64,000 nt of DNA from Azolla caroliniana (Eukaryota; Plantae; Polypodiophyta). The stretch is from assembly GCA_043228905.1 (NCBI GenBank), contig JBHGNT010000007.1:12524001-12588000 (forward strand). The letters are read 5' to 3'. The number at the start of each line of letters is the position of its first letter. Position 1 is the stretch's first letter. The position numbers were made by a program, and so were the translations under genes. The notes below the pieces were generated by a model. It did not search any database. It worked only from the letters and a program-made list of their open reading frames with translations, and was not told where the DNA came from. Of the stretch, positions 35,205 to 47,100 are shown piece by piece.

Positions 35205-38200
35205 CGTTGCGAGACTAAAAAGGGCGGCGTCGGGTGGATCATCGTACGTGGACTCAACTAGTTCTCCAGACTTGAGGTGGCTCAAGTAGTCAACTACGGC
35301 GTGTTGGACTCCGGGCCGGTGCTGGATCTGAAAATCAAACTCTTGTAGCAGGAGCATCCATCGGGCCAAGCGACCTATGCGGGCCTGTTTATTAACCAAG
35401 TAGAAGAGAACCGAATGATCGACGTGGAATGTGAATTTCTGGCCCAACAAGTAATGCCGGAATTTGTTGATGATGTAGACCATACCGAGAGCCTTGCGTT
35501 CAGTTGTTGAGTAGTTCTTCTCCGCGGCCGAGAGTCGCTGGCTAGCGTAATACACTGGCCGGTACCAATTTGGTGGTGTGTGCTGCATGAGCGCGCTACT
35601 AATGGCTATATTTGATGCGTCTACGAAGACATGAAAAAGGTTCCGACGAAACTGGTGGTTGTACAACAGGGGCATGGGAGAGCATTAACTTCAAGGATTG
35701 GTAAGCCTCATCTTCTATTGAAGACCACTTAAATGGGAGTCTATGCACAGCTGCGTGCAATGAAGTCGTGAAATCGGCCAGGTGTCGTAACATCCGGCTA
35801 TGCCATCTAATTTGGCCCAGGAATTGGCTGAGGGCCTTCGCGGTAGAGGGCGTGGGAGCGTTCAGAATGGCTTGCACTTTATCCGGGTCCATGGCAATAC
35901 CTTCCTGACTGACTATGTGCCTGAGCAAGTGGCCGCTTGTCACCAAGAACACGCATTTGGCTAGATTTAAGCTCAAACCGAGCTTGTCAACATCGATCGA
36001 GACAGAGGCGTAACTGTGTCATATGCTCCACTCGTTGGCCATACACGGCAAAGTCATTGAGGAAAACTTGCATGAACGTTGGGATATACTCGTTGAAAAT
36101 CTCGGTGATGATGTGTTGGAATGTGGCCGGTGTCGTTTGTAATCCGAACATCATTACCTCAGCCACGAAGACACCCCATTCCGTGACAAACGTCGTTTTC
36201 TTCAGATCGTCCGGGTGCATTCTGATTTGGTTATAGCCACTGAACCCATCGAGAAAACTATAGCATTCATGACCAGCCACCGTGTTGAGGACACTATCCA
36301 TGAATGGGAGAGGAAACCCATCCATGATTGTCACGGCATTGAGTTTGCGGTAATGAACGCACACACAGATTTTCCCGTTTTTCTTCAGGACGACGACTAT
36401 TGGGCTTAACCATGTGGCGCTTTTTACTAGTCGTATAAAACCTACTCGGAGGAGCTTGTCGATTTCCTCTTTGACCTTAGCCGCGTAGTTGGGGTTCATA
36501 CAATATCGTCGTTGTTGGGCCAGCCGAGTGTCAGGCAGGAGGTGTATTTGTTGTTGGTAATATTGGGGATCCAATCCCTTCATATCAGTGTAAGACCATG
36601 CGAATACATCCTGATACTCCGTGAGCAGGCGTATGAGGGCTGACCATTCAACGGCTGGTAAGTTGTTAGCGATTTGTAGTGTACGCAGGTTCTCGTCGGA
36701 GCCGAGGTTGAGTGATTCGAGCGTTGATGCTTTGACTCATTGGGAGATGGCGAGTTCTTGTTCAAATGCGTCCTGAGCATGATGTAATTCCACGATAGTT
36801 GTGGAATCTGGCTCGTCCTAGGGAAGTGAATCTTCCGTGACATCCTTGTCTGGGGTGTGCCGAAGGCCGAGATGGCATCTATTTCGAAGAGGGGTATGAT
36901 AGTGGGATGATCTTCCAGGAAGTCATCCACCTCGTCGTCGGCTAACCTATCGAGCATGTGTACCCCTTCCGCTTATAAGGGTGTGGTGTTGTGGGGCATG
37001 GTTAGGCATTCTTCTGTTATTATCCGTACCTTGGTCTTCCCCCGACGGAAAGAGATCATATTTCGCTGCCAATGTTGCTTAATATTTGTTGTGCGCAGCC
37101 AGGGTCGTCCAAGTAGCATTAGGTAGGCGCCCAAAGCTTCGAGGCGTAACACAACTGCCGAGATAGTGAACATGTGGCCTCCTAACGTGAAGTCGAGGTA
37201 GCGGATTAACCCTATGGGGCGAGCCGATCACGTATCGGCCATCCGAAGCCAAAAGGGGCAAGGTTCCCATTGGTTCCGACCGAGTGTGTGACATGTGGCC
37301 TCAATGATGATGTTCACGCCGGAGCCACCGTCGATTATGCATCCATGAAGGTCGCGTCCTTTAATCATAATTTTCACAGCTGGATTCTGGGAATCCATGA
37401 TGGGTGGGCCCGTCCCTGGCTCTGTCAGGTTAATAGGGGGTGCGGCCGATTTGTCGTTAGTCGTGAGCGTAGCCAAGGTATCCTGAAAGCGTGGCATAAG
37501 CGGTAAAAGCTTATGCAATGGCAACGAGATCCTAGAACTGGTAAGGTGTCCCACAGATGGTCATCTTCTGCCACGGTGGATGGTCCTGTGGAATGTGGTG
37601 CTCCGGGGTCACGTCTTGCATCTCTATGTGCATCCGCTCCACGTTGCTTTAATTGGCGGTGTCAATCCATTCCTTGGCTGCTTGTCGGACTTCATCTTGT
37701 ACTTTCCATTGGATGGCCTAGGTTTTGCTGCGTGTAGTGACGTGTTGAACGTTGGCCATAATAATATTCACGACCGGGGCCTTGCCGTGGTCCATGGTTG
37801 GGCATTGGGTAGCGTAGTGGCCGGGTTGGTTACACTTAAAGCAGGTAACCGATGTCGAGTTGCTGGTGTCACCATGCTTAGTGTGTGGAAGAGGGTGTGA
37901 GCGATTCTCGGCCGCTTGTGTAGGCGTGTTGGCCCGTGGTGCGTTATGGGGAAGAGGGTCCCGCCGACGATTGTCGTTATGCCGTCGATTGTTCCGCAAA
38001 CCTCTATAAGAGTTTCTTCTATCGTTTCGTGAATACCGCTGATCGTACCGGTCATCCCGGTCGTCATGATACCAGTCATACTCGTCGTTTGCTCTATATT
38101 GTTCATTGCAGTATTGGTCACGACGGTCGTCCGATCTCCTACGGTTGTCGTGGCGGTAACGGTCGTCGCCGTAGTGGTAGTCGTCGTCGCGGCGCTGATG

Positions 38201-39549
38201 ATCCGGGGATCGTGGTCGCTCGTTATCCCGATGTCGGTATGACTGACGTTCGTTCTGTCGTGAGTATGTATTTCGAGGCTCGTTCTGGCGAACCGGAGCC
38301 GTCGTTGTGCGGTTGAGCATGTTGTATTCACATTATTCGATCGTGTGAGATCGGGACTAACAGATTGGACAGTGTGGCCGGTGAGGGCACTCGACAGCGA
38401 GAAGGCCCGAGCCCGAGCAGGCTGTGCATTGGAGGGCTTGTCAGAAACGATTGTCCTCCTGAGGAAGGGTGCTTTGCAAAGAGCTCATGGAGAAAGCCCT
38501 TCTATGCTGTGTTCGATCGATGGCGAGGACGCGTGCGATGACTTGCTCGATTGTCTGGTTAGAGAAATTGGTAAGTGCGAGAGTCATCCGTAGAGGCTCC
38601 CGTAGCGTGGAAAGGAAAGTATCCGGAATGTGATGTGCAGAGACATCGTCGGCCAGTTGTCGGTAGAGATCCTGAAACTGGATCGTGAACTGGGCGACCG
38701 TCTCATGAGGTTCTTGGCTCATAGAAAACAACTATCGGAGTAGTTCGCGCTTCGGAACTTCGCGGTGAAATAATTCTAGAAACTTTGTTTGGACATCCTG
38801 GAACATTGTGACCTCCCCCAAATCGAGGCCGGAATACCATCGAGTAGTCGGGCTATCGAGGGATAGAGCAAATTCCGCAATTTTGGACGACTCAATTTCG
38901 GCAGCCAATAAACGCTACGTCGAGTGGTTGGCTTGCCATGTGGACACGAAAGCACGGGTGTGTGATTCCGCGTCGGGGCCGTCTGTATATCGTGGGTAAG
39001 GGTAAGGCATGGTATCGAGATCCGAGTCTTCAGGTAAAGCCGGAAAAGGGTGAGGGTCAGGTTGGGTGACCTCTGGAAGGCTTGGCGGGGAAATCGGTGC
39101 AGAATCAACTCGCGACTGGGTATCGGGTGGCCAGGATTGCAACCTGTTGCGTTACAAGCTCAACATTGGCCGGATCGGTTGTGCAAGCCGAGAACCGGAT
39201 CGGTTGGGACCAATCGGTTAGGCTAGACCAGTGCGTAAAACAGATATGTAACCCAGTACGCAAACCGGTGCGTAACGGGAGGCCGTATCGGTGCGTAAAC
39301 CGAAAGGCCGTTAGAGAGATATTCCTCATAAGGAATAATTTTGGGAGTGAGTGTCGAGGCTCATTTATGAGCAGTCAAATACTGGCAGTACTTGTGCCAG
39401 CCCGATTGTCAGGGCTTGTATAAAAGGTGCTCACTAAGCACGGTGTATGTACAGATTGAGTATTATTTTGAATTGAGTTTCTGTGTTCTGCTCGGCTAAG
39501 TTTTTTCTGTCCTTTTGTCTTTTTCTTTCTTTATCTTTTGAATTACAAG

Positions 39550-40341
39550 ATGACTTCTCGACTAAACCATAAGGAAACAAACGAAGAAATTATAAGTAAG
39601 GAAGATTTTTTAGATGTCCTTAACCGGTTCGTTAAAATGGAAAAATGGGTGAAAGAAATTGAAGCTGAAAAACAAAAAGATAAGGAAGAAAGAGAATTGC
39701 TTATTGCTGAAGTAGCGAAACTTAAGGTAGATAACGTAAACCTTCAAAAACGAATTAAGGACCTTGAAACATCTAGGGAAGATGGTGAAATATCTTCTCT
39801 AGAGGATATTAAGGACGAGATAAAAAAAGTTAAAGAAGAGGTTAAAAGTGATATGGAACTAGCAAAAACTGGGTGGGTTGATGTAGTAAAACGTAATATT
39901 AAAAAAGAACTAAAGGACGAAAATATTGTAAACACTACCCTCGAGGAGGAAAAAATGCGTCAAGCTCGACGCCTAAATGTACGAGTTACTGGGCTCAAGG
40001 AAGGGGCATCTCCCGACGAAGATGCACAAACCTTGGGTAAAATGTTGGGATATGAAGCCCTACCAATCACTAAAACTTGGAGGGTAGGGCGTGACACCAC
40101 TAGGAAAAGAGCTTTAGTTCTTCAATTTAAGGACTCGGAATCTAGAATCGCCTTTTTTAAAACGAGACCAATTCTTCGAGGATTGGGCGGGGAGCCCATC
40201 TACCTCGATGAAGACTTGACCAAGATGCAAATTGAGCATCGTAAAACTTGTATGCCGCGAGTCATACAAGCTCGTAAAGAGGGGCATCGTGCCTTCTACC
40301 GAGACGGACGGGTCATAATAAATGATCGCGCTGCCAATTGA
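39550..40341 (+). CDS. LINE ORF1 (coiled coil plus RRM/CTD-like region), 263 aa
   Basis: Open frame with heptad-rich N-terminus, RRLNVRVTGLKE and IYLDEDLT motifs. Confidence 0.85.
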   Translation: MTSRLNHKETNEEIISKEDFLDVLNRFVKMEKWVKEIEAEKQKDKEERELLIAEVAKLKVDNVNLQKRIKDLETSREDGEISSLEDIKDEIKKVKEEVKSDMELAKTGWVDVVKRNIKKELKDENIVNTTLEEEKMRQARRLNVRVTGLKEGASPDEDAQTLGKMLGYEALPITKTWRVGRDTTRKRALVLQFKDSESRIAFFKTRPILRGLGGEPIYLDEDLTKMQIEHRKTCMPRVIQARKEGHRAFYRDGRVIINDRAAN

Positions 40342-40388
40342 CGGCGTGTGGCCCATGTGACAAATAATAGACTTAGGATGAGTTTAGG

Positions 40389-43300
40389 ATGAGTTTATGG
40401 AATTGTAACGGTGCACTTTGGACACACCCTGGCCGTCTAGAGGAGATTTTGAGGGTATCTGATATACTTTTTTTGGTAGAAACACATCAAAGTCCAAATC
40501 GAGGATTACCACGAGTTGATGGTTTTCGTTGGGAATCTGTCTTTAGACAAACCTCACGTCGACACACTACTAGAGGGTCTGGAGGGGTTGCGATATTATT
40601 TCGGAGAGAGATACATAGTAGGATAGAAATACTAAAGAAAGACCCAGAAGCCCGTTTTATGTGGGTGAAAGTACTCACTAGCAAAGATTAGGTGATATTT
40701 ATTGCCATTTGTTACTTCCCCCCGAAAGGATCTCGGTATAATATGGCTGGAGTGGCGAGTATAGTTGATGAAGGAACGCCACATGGGCCTTCTCCATACG
40801 AACCTTTATCGGATGACATAATCCGATATTCTTCTCAAGGGGAAGTCTTCCTTGTAGGAGATTTCAATGCGAGAACCCAATCCCGCCAATGCACAATATT
40901 TCAGATGGATAGAAACCTAGAAATGGTGAATGTCGACCCTTTAGCCTTAGGCATAACACGTACATCAAAAGATCAAGGTGCGGACGCCACAAGCTTTGGC
41001 CATCATCTGCTTGAACTTGGAAGCCGACACCAGATGATCATATATAATGGCTTAGCCAAGTGGCCGGGCTCGGAAGAGCTCACATGTTTCCCACATGGAG
41101 GAGGGGAAAGCACAGTTGATTACCTAATAGGACGCCCTGAAGCTACCCACATGGTTAGCTCCTTCCGGGTGGCCCCATGCCCCATTAGCGCAGACCATAG
41201 CTTCCTATACTTTGAGCTAAAATGTGACGCCTCCCACGCCACCAACTCTAGTAAACCAACCCATCGCACTATAATACATTTCACGCATGAGCTCGCTGAC
41301 ATCTATTCTCGACATGTTCAAGCGCATCTCTCCTCTTTTGATTCTTCCTTGCCTTTAGAGCACCTCACTACAGAACTCACACACATCCTCCACTCAGCAG
41401 CAACTAGTAGCTTCCCATACACGAAAGACTCCAATCATAGTAGAGTTGGGTCTATGCCACAGAACAAGTGGTATGATGAGGATTGTAGAGAGTTGTATAG
41501 ACAACTTAAAGTATCGCGGCTTAGTGGTACTATTTCCTCAGTACATGCTCGCAAAGAGATGCGCAAGATGACACGTCGTAAAAGACGGGCTTGGGAAGCA
41601 TCTCAATATTGGGAACTCTACCATATGCTCATGAGTAGGGATTGTGCCCTCGCATGGAAGAGGCTACGGGAACCGAGACCACAAACACCCATCGAGGATC
41701 CCAATATTTGGCACACATATATTGAGAGACTCTACCATGTCCCGAACCAACCACCCATTCCAATGCCCTCCACACCTCGACCTACCATGGGGACACTTTT
41801 CACGACCTCTAGGGTCACGAAGGTCATCAAAAAATTACAACATAGGAAATCCATGGACCACACAGGATTGTGTGCCGAGCACATCATATATGCTCGAGAG
41901 TGCTTAGCCCCCCTTCTCGCTCTAATCTTCAACCGCGCCCTCGCCGAGGGTTTTCCACCACAATGGGCCATGAACACAGTGGCCCCTATACATAAAGGAG
42001 GGGACTCAATGGACCCAAATACATATAGGACCGTTATGATAGGTCATACGCTCGCTAAACTATATGGTGCAGTAATGGAAGCGGAGCTCAGTGATTATAT
42101 GGAAACATTAAGTCTTCGAGCACCTGAGCAAGCTGGCTTTAGACGAGCCTTCTCCACTATTGACCATATCTTCACACTCAGGTGCTTAATTGACCAGACA
42201 ATGGCTCGTAAGAAGAAACTATATTATTGCTTTGTGGACTTTCGCAAGGCCTTTGACACGGTTCCTAGGGAAAGGTTGTTTGATAGACTTAAGAGCTTGG
42301 AGATACCAGATGACATGATCTGGGCCATTTATGCCCTATATGAGCAAGTCTCTGGGTGTGTAAGATGCCCAGGTGGCCTATCCGATTGTTTCACTAGCAC
42401 CATTGGTGTAAAACAGGGTTGCCCCCTATCACCGACTCTTTTTGGGATCTACATTGATGAGATCACTGATTTTATTGCTCGTAAGGGAGGCAAGGGAGTA
42501 GCTATTGGGGAGACGCAAGTTAGTCTCTTACTCTACGCAGACGACATTGTCTTGCTCTCAGAGTCGGAACACGACCTACAAAAGCATCTTAATGCCCTGG
42601 ATGACTTTTGTACACAACGAGGACTGGTAGTGAATTTAGCGAAAACTAAAGTCCTTATCTTTCATACATCGTCCCGAGTTAGGAGTCAATGTCACCTAAT
42701 CCTCTCTCATAAACCAGTTGAGGTAGTGGGATCGTATGTATACTTGGGAGTCACCTTTAGTGCTCGCTCAGGTAAATTCTCGATGACCCAGGCAGCCAAA
42801 GATAGGCTAACGAGAGGGTATGCATCCCTCTCACTCTTAGAGAGACAATGCCATCAGGCATACTTTCAAGAGCCACGGACTAAGGGATGGCTTTTTGACT
42901 CATTAGTGACCCCGTCCCTCATGTATGCATCAGTAGTATGGGCTCCAGGTTTACCATCTTTCATGTGGACGCAATTAGAGAGACCTTTAGTGACGATGTT
43001 ATCACGTCAACTCCGAAGCAAATCGACAGTACCACATGACATTATTAGAGCTGAGTTCAGTCTACCCCCGATGTTAGTAGAAGCACTCTTTCAAGTGGTA
43101 GTTTTTATTCATCGGATACATAGCCAACCACAAGATAGGATATCCCGTCGAGCCTTTGAGGCGTCTCGATCTTTATATGTGTCTGGCGACACTAGCTCTT
43201 GGTATAGCATCGTGGTGAGTTGGCTCCGTGCGAACGGCATAGACATTAATAACCTACCTCCCCTTAAGTACAACCATGGGACTGATCAAACTTTAATCTC

Positions 43301-44102
43301 TCACGAAGATCGTAATAAAGTGATACGCCAAGAAATATGGCAAATTTACACTCGATACAAATGGATCACCCCACGAGAACCACTCCCATCTAAAATGGTG
43401 TACTATAAGGAACACTTCTTGCGCTTCTCTACGCTAGGCTTTATTACACGACCAAGATATTTAGATACATTCTTATCAAATGCACTAAGGGTGGCCATTG
43501 GACAACTTAGGATATCATCTCACCAACTTGAGATTGAGAATGGTCGGGCTAATAGAGTCCCTAGAGAGGAAAGGTTATGTAGGTTATGCCACATAGAGAT
43601 AGAGGATGAGTATCACTTCACATGCAAATGCCCAACTTATGCCGAGATACGAGCGGAATACCAAGACATACTAGGACCCTCTCCCACCCTCTCCAAACTA
43701 TTAGATACCCCGAATGTAAAGAGACTAGGTAGATATATCTTAGACCTAAAACAACATAGGGAGAATAAATTACAAAGTGCTAACGATAACCCTCTTAGTA
43801 TTCATCACCATGTAACTAGTGTAATTTTTCAGGAACAAGGGGAGACGATGAATGTGGATACACTTACGCCGCTCGGCCTCTCCCTTGAGGAAGCAGAAAT
43901 GCAAAGAACAACGAAACGCCCTCGAATGTTGGGCTTCAAAACAAGTCAACGTGGAGTAGACAAGATTAAGAAGATAAGGGAACGTGAGCTACGTCGACTA
44001 GAAGCTATGGTTGGGGTACCTCTTACATGGGGACCACGGGCCACATCCACATCGCAACCCTTTGACCTTCCGCTTCTCTTCGAGAGACTTGGATGGAAAT
44101 GA
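40389..44102 (+). pseudogene. LINE ORF2 (endonuclease-reverse transcriptase) with a single in-frame TAG at 40689-40691
   Basis: APE motifs WNCNG, LVETH, GGVAIL, GDFNA, VDY, SADH. RT motifs FVDFRKAFD, GVKQGCPLSP, YADD. Zinc finger CRLC...H...C. Confidence 0.95.
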
Positions 44103-47100
44103 AAATAACAATTGTATAACACCATTTTCATTGTAGTAGAACATGTTTCTATATAAAACATGTTTGTTATTTTTTAGAACTATTTAGCTTAAACTCTATT
44201 TTTCATCTTATTTTTATTTTTACTTCGATGAATGGGTAAATATCCCATTTTTGTTGTAAACCATTTGTCTCATGGGCCAATTTTGGCCTTAGAAGACGTT
44301 AATATATCTTTCTTTCTTTCTTTCTTTCTCTCTGTCTCTCCCGCGTACTGTGTATACCCTAAGCTCTCCATTAAACCTGTGTATTTTCTGTGTTCGGTTT
44401 TCTATTGCTTCCGCACGTATTCTTTTACATGGTATCAGAGCGCGAGGGTTGAGAACCTCTACAACCGACATAGCTTGAAACAAAAACCAACCAAGAAGAA
44501 CAAGTAAAACTGATGGATAGAGGCATGGCTAGCTCGCTTTCGACGGAGAAGCTTCACAAAATCAACTACACATCTTGGTCCTACAAGATGCACTAGTACC
44601 TGCTCAGGCACAGTTACTAGAGCTATGTCGATGGAGCAAATGACACAGCACCCGAATCGACACACAGAGATTTCCGGGCATGGGAACAGTCGGCGAGCAG
44701 AGTACTATACTCCTTCGCGTCTTGTGTGGGCGAGTAGCTCCTAAGCTACATTCGGGATGCGAAAACGCCAAAGGATGCTTGGGGAAATCTGAAGAAGATC
44801 TTCGTCGCAAGCACCACAGCCAAGAAGCTTCAACTCTGACAGGAGCTGAGCAACCTACGACAACGCGACTTGTCGATGGCTGATTACACCTTGAAGATTA
44901 AAGATATATGCGACTCCTTAGCCTCCATCGATATGAACATCGAGGAAGGCGAGATGGTGTAGATTTGTCTCAGGGGACTAGCATCGAAGTTCGGAGTGTT
45001 CCGAACTGCTGTGTGTACACGGGAGAATACGTCGTCATTTTTCGACTTACAATCGATGCTCCTTATAGAGGAGAACCACGCGGGTGCGTCGACAAGCATG
45101 TATACCGACAACAAGATGTTGTACACAGAGGGAGATAGGCCCCGTGGTCATGGTAGACAAAGTGAGTCGGTACGCATTGGAGGCGGCCGACGGGATCAAG
45201 GAAGAAGGCACCGAAGTGATGCCGACAGTAATTCCGGACCCTCCAGAAACAGGGGGAGTCGAGGCGACGAGAACCGGCAAGTGAAATCCGCCGTAGAATG
45301 CTGGTACTGTGGCAAGAAAGGCCACAGGGAGAGCGAGTGTTGGAAAAAGCGCGCCGATTCGGAGAGAACCGGGTCCGGATCAGGTTCTGGACAGACCGAC
45401 AAAGGAAATCGGCAACGATCGCACTACGCCGAAGGATCCGAAAAAGGGTCAGTCTTCGTGATGAGACACGAAGCGAACTCGATAAAGCAGTCCACCCCGA
45501 AATCGGACGAGGTGTGGTACGTCGACTCTGGCGTGTCAAACCACATGACGTGCCACGAGGAGTGGTTCTCATACCTTGAGAAACCGACGCAACCGGGAAT
45601 AGTCGCCACCGGAGACGACACTCCGCATCTGATCGCGAATGTCGGTGAGGTTCCCGTGAGCCATGTCGAGCAGAAAGGCGAACTCATGAACGTGTCACAC
45701 GTCCCGACAATCACAAAGAACCTGGTGTCGGTCGGGTAGATCGTCGACCAGGGGATGCAGGTTTGGTTTACACATCTCGGGTGCTTCATCGAGGAAGAAG
45801 GCCGTGTTATTGCGCAAGGGCGCTTAGACGGGAGGATGTTTATCCTCAACTCTAATGACGGTGGCACTGCAATGTTCGCGAAAGAACAAAAAGTCGAGTC
45901 GGATATCGACTTATGGCACAAGCGGATAGGCCACGTCAACTATCAAAGGCTTTAGGACCTGCAATCGAAACAGGTGGTGTTCGGATTGCCCAAATTTAGT
46001 GGCCGGAAGGCACAAATTTGTGAAGCCTACCAGGTAGGGAGGCAACACCGACTTCCTTTCCCCAACGAGCGTGACCGGAGCTGGAACAAGCTCGACTTGA
46101 TACATTCCAATGTATGGGGGCCGGCACAGAACGTTAGTCTTGGCGGGAGTCGATATTTCGTCTCCTTCATCGACGACTATACGCGGCACACGTGGATCTA
46201 CCTCATCGAGAAGAAGAGTGAAGTCTTCAACTGTTTCAGGGACCTCAAAGGGTTCGTGGAAACGGAAACAAGCTGAAAGATCAAGTGCCTACGGTCGGAT
46301 GGCAGAAAAGAGTACTTTTCCGGTCAATTCAACGACTATCTGCAACAGATGGGAATTCGGCGCGAATTCAGTTGTAGATACATGCCAGAGCAAAACGGTG
46401 TGGCCGAGAGGAAAAATCGGTCGATTGTGGAAGCGGCACGAACCGCGGTATACATCCATAATCGGATCGGAGAAAAAGTGTCGGCGCATGAGCTGTATTT
46501 CGGAAGAAAGCCGAATCTGCGACACTTGAGAGTTTTCGGTAGTATTGCGTATATGCATGTGCCGAAAGAGAAACGGAGGAAGTTGGATGCGAAAGCCGAG
46601 AATTGTATCTTGGACGGCTATTCAGACGAGCAGAAGGGTTATAAGTGTTATAACCCTCGCACCAAACAAGCGCGCGTGAGCCGTGACGTTGTGTTTGACG
46701 AGTCTGCATCCTGGTACTTGCCTTCGACTCCGGACCTCCCCTCCAATCCGAGTTTTGATGATGAGGTCAGTGAGGCTGAGATGCCTCCGGATGAGCCTGA
46801 AATCAGGACCCGCGAAGAGAGTCCGATTTCATTTCGGTTAAGCGGACCGAATGGACGACTGGGTCGGTTCGACCAGTCTGATGAAGAGCCGACGAGTAGT
46901 GGAGACTCGGTCGTGCATTCCCTGTGTAGGAAGCCGAGGAGACGGCTTATGCGCAAGGAAAAAGGGAAGAAAAAGGTGTCGGATTAAGGCATGGATAGGA
47001 ACGAGTCGGATTGATGCGAGTCTGACTCCGAGGGAAGCGATGACGAGTCTTCAGGATCGAAGTCCGTGTCAGCTAAGAAAGCCTCAATATCGGCTAATGA

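Larger units (their letters stand above)
22795..39144 (-). mobile_element. Gypsy copy B (gag-PR-RT-RH 39144-35205; integrase and extra 3' ORF 25315-22795), split by copy A and truncated at both ends by copia sequence
   Basis: Zinc knuckle CFKCNQPGHYATQC, protease IIDGGSG, RT FLDGFSGYNQI, RNase H VDAS, integrase [11 protein letters not shown]. Many stop codons. Confidence 0.95.
39490..44327 (+). mobile_element. Nearly intact LINE (APE + RT + C-terminal CCHC; RTEX-like by architecture) inserted in a copia LTR
   Basis: Two ORFs, a 3' stem-loop and a (TTTC)5 tail at 44309-44328. The flanks rejoin into the LTR sequence GTTCT|CTCTCTGTCTC seen at ~49430. The clade is inferred. Confidence 0.95.

Noticed and set aside
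40689-40691. Programmed readthrough in LINE ORF2
   Set aside because: The TAG falls inside the endonuclease domain and is most simply a CAG>TAG mutation, like many others in this window.
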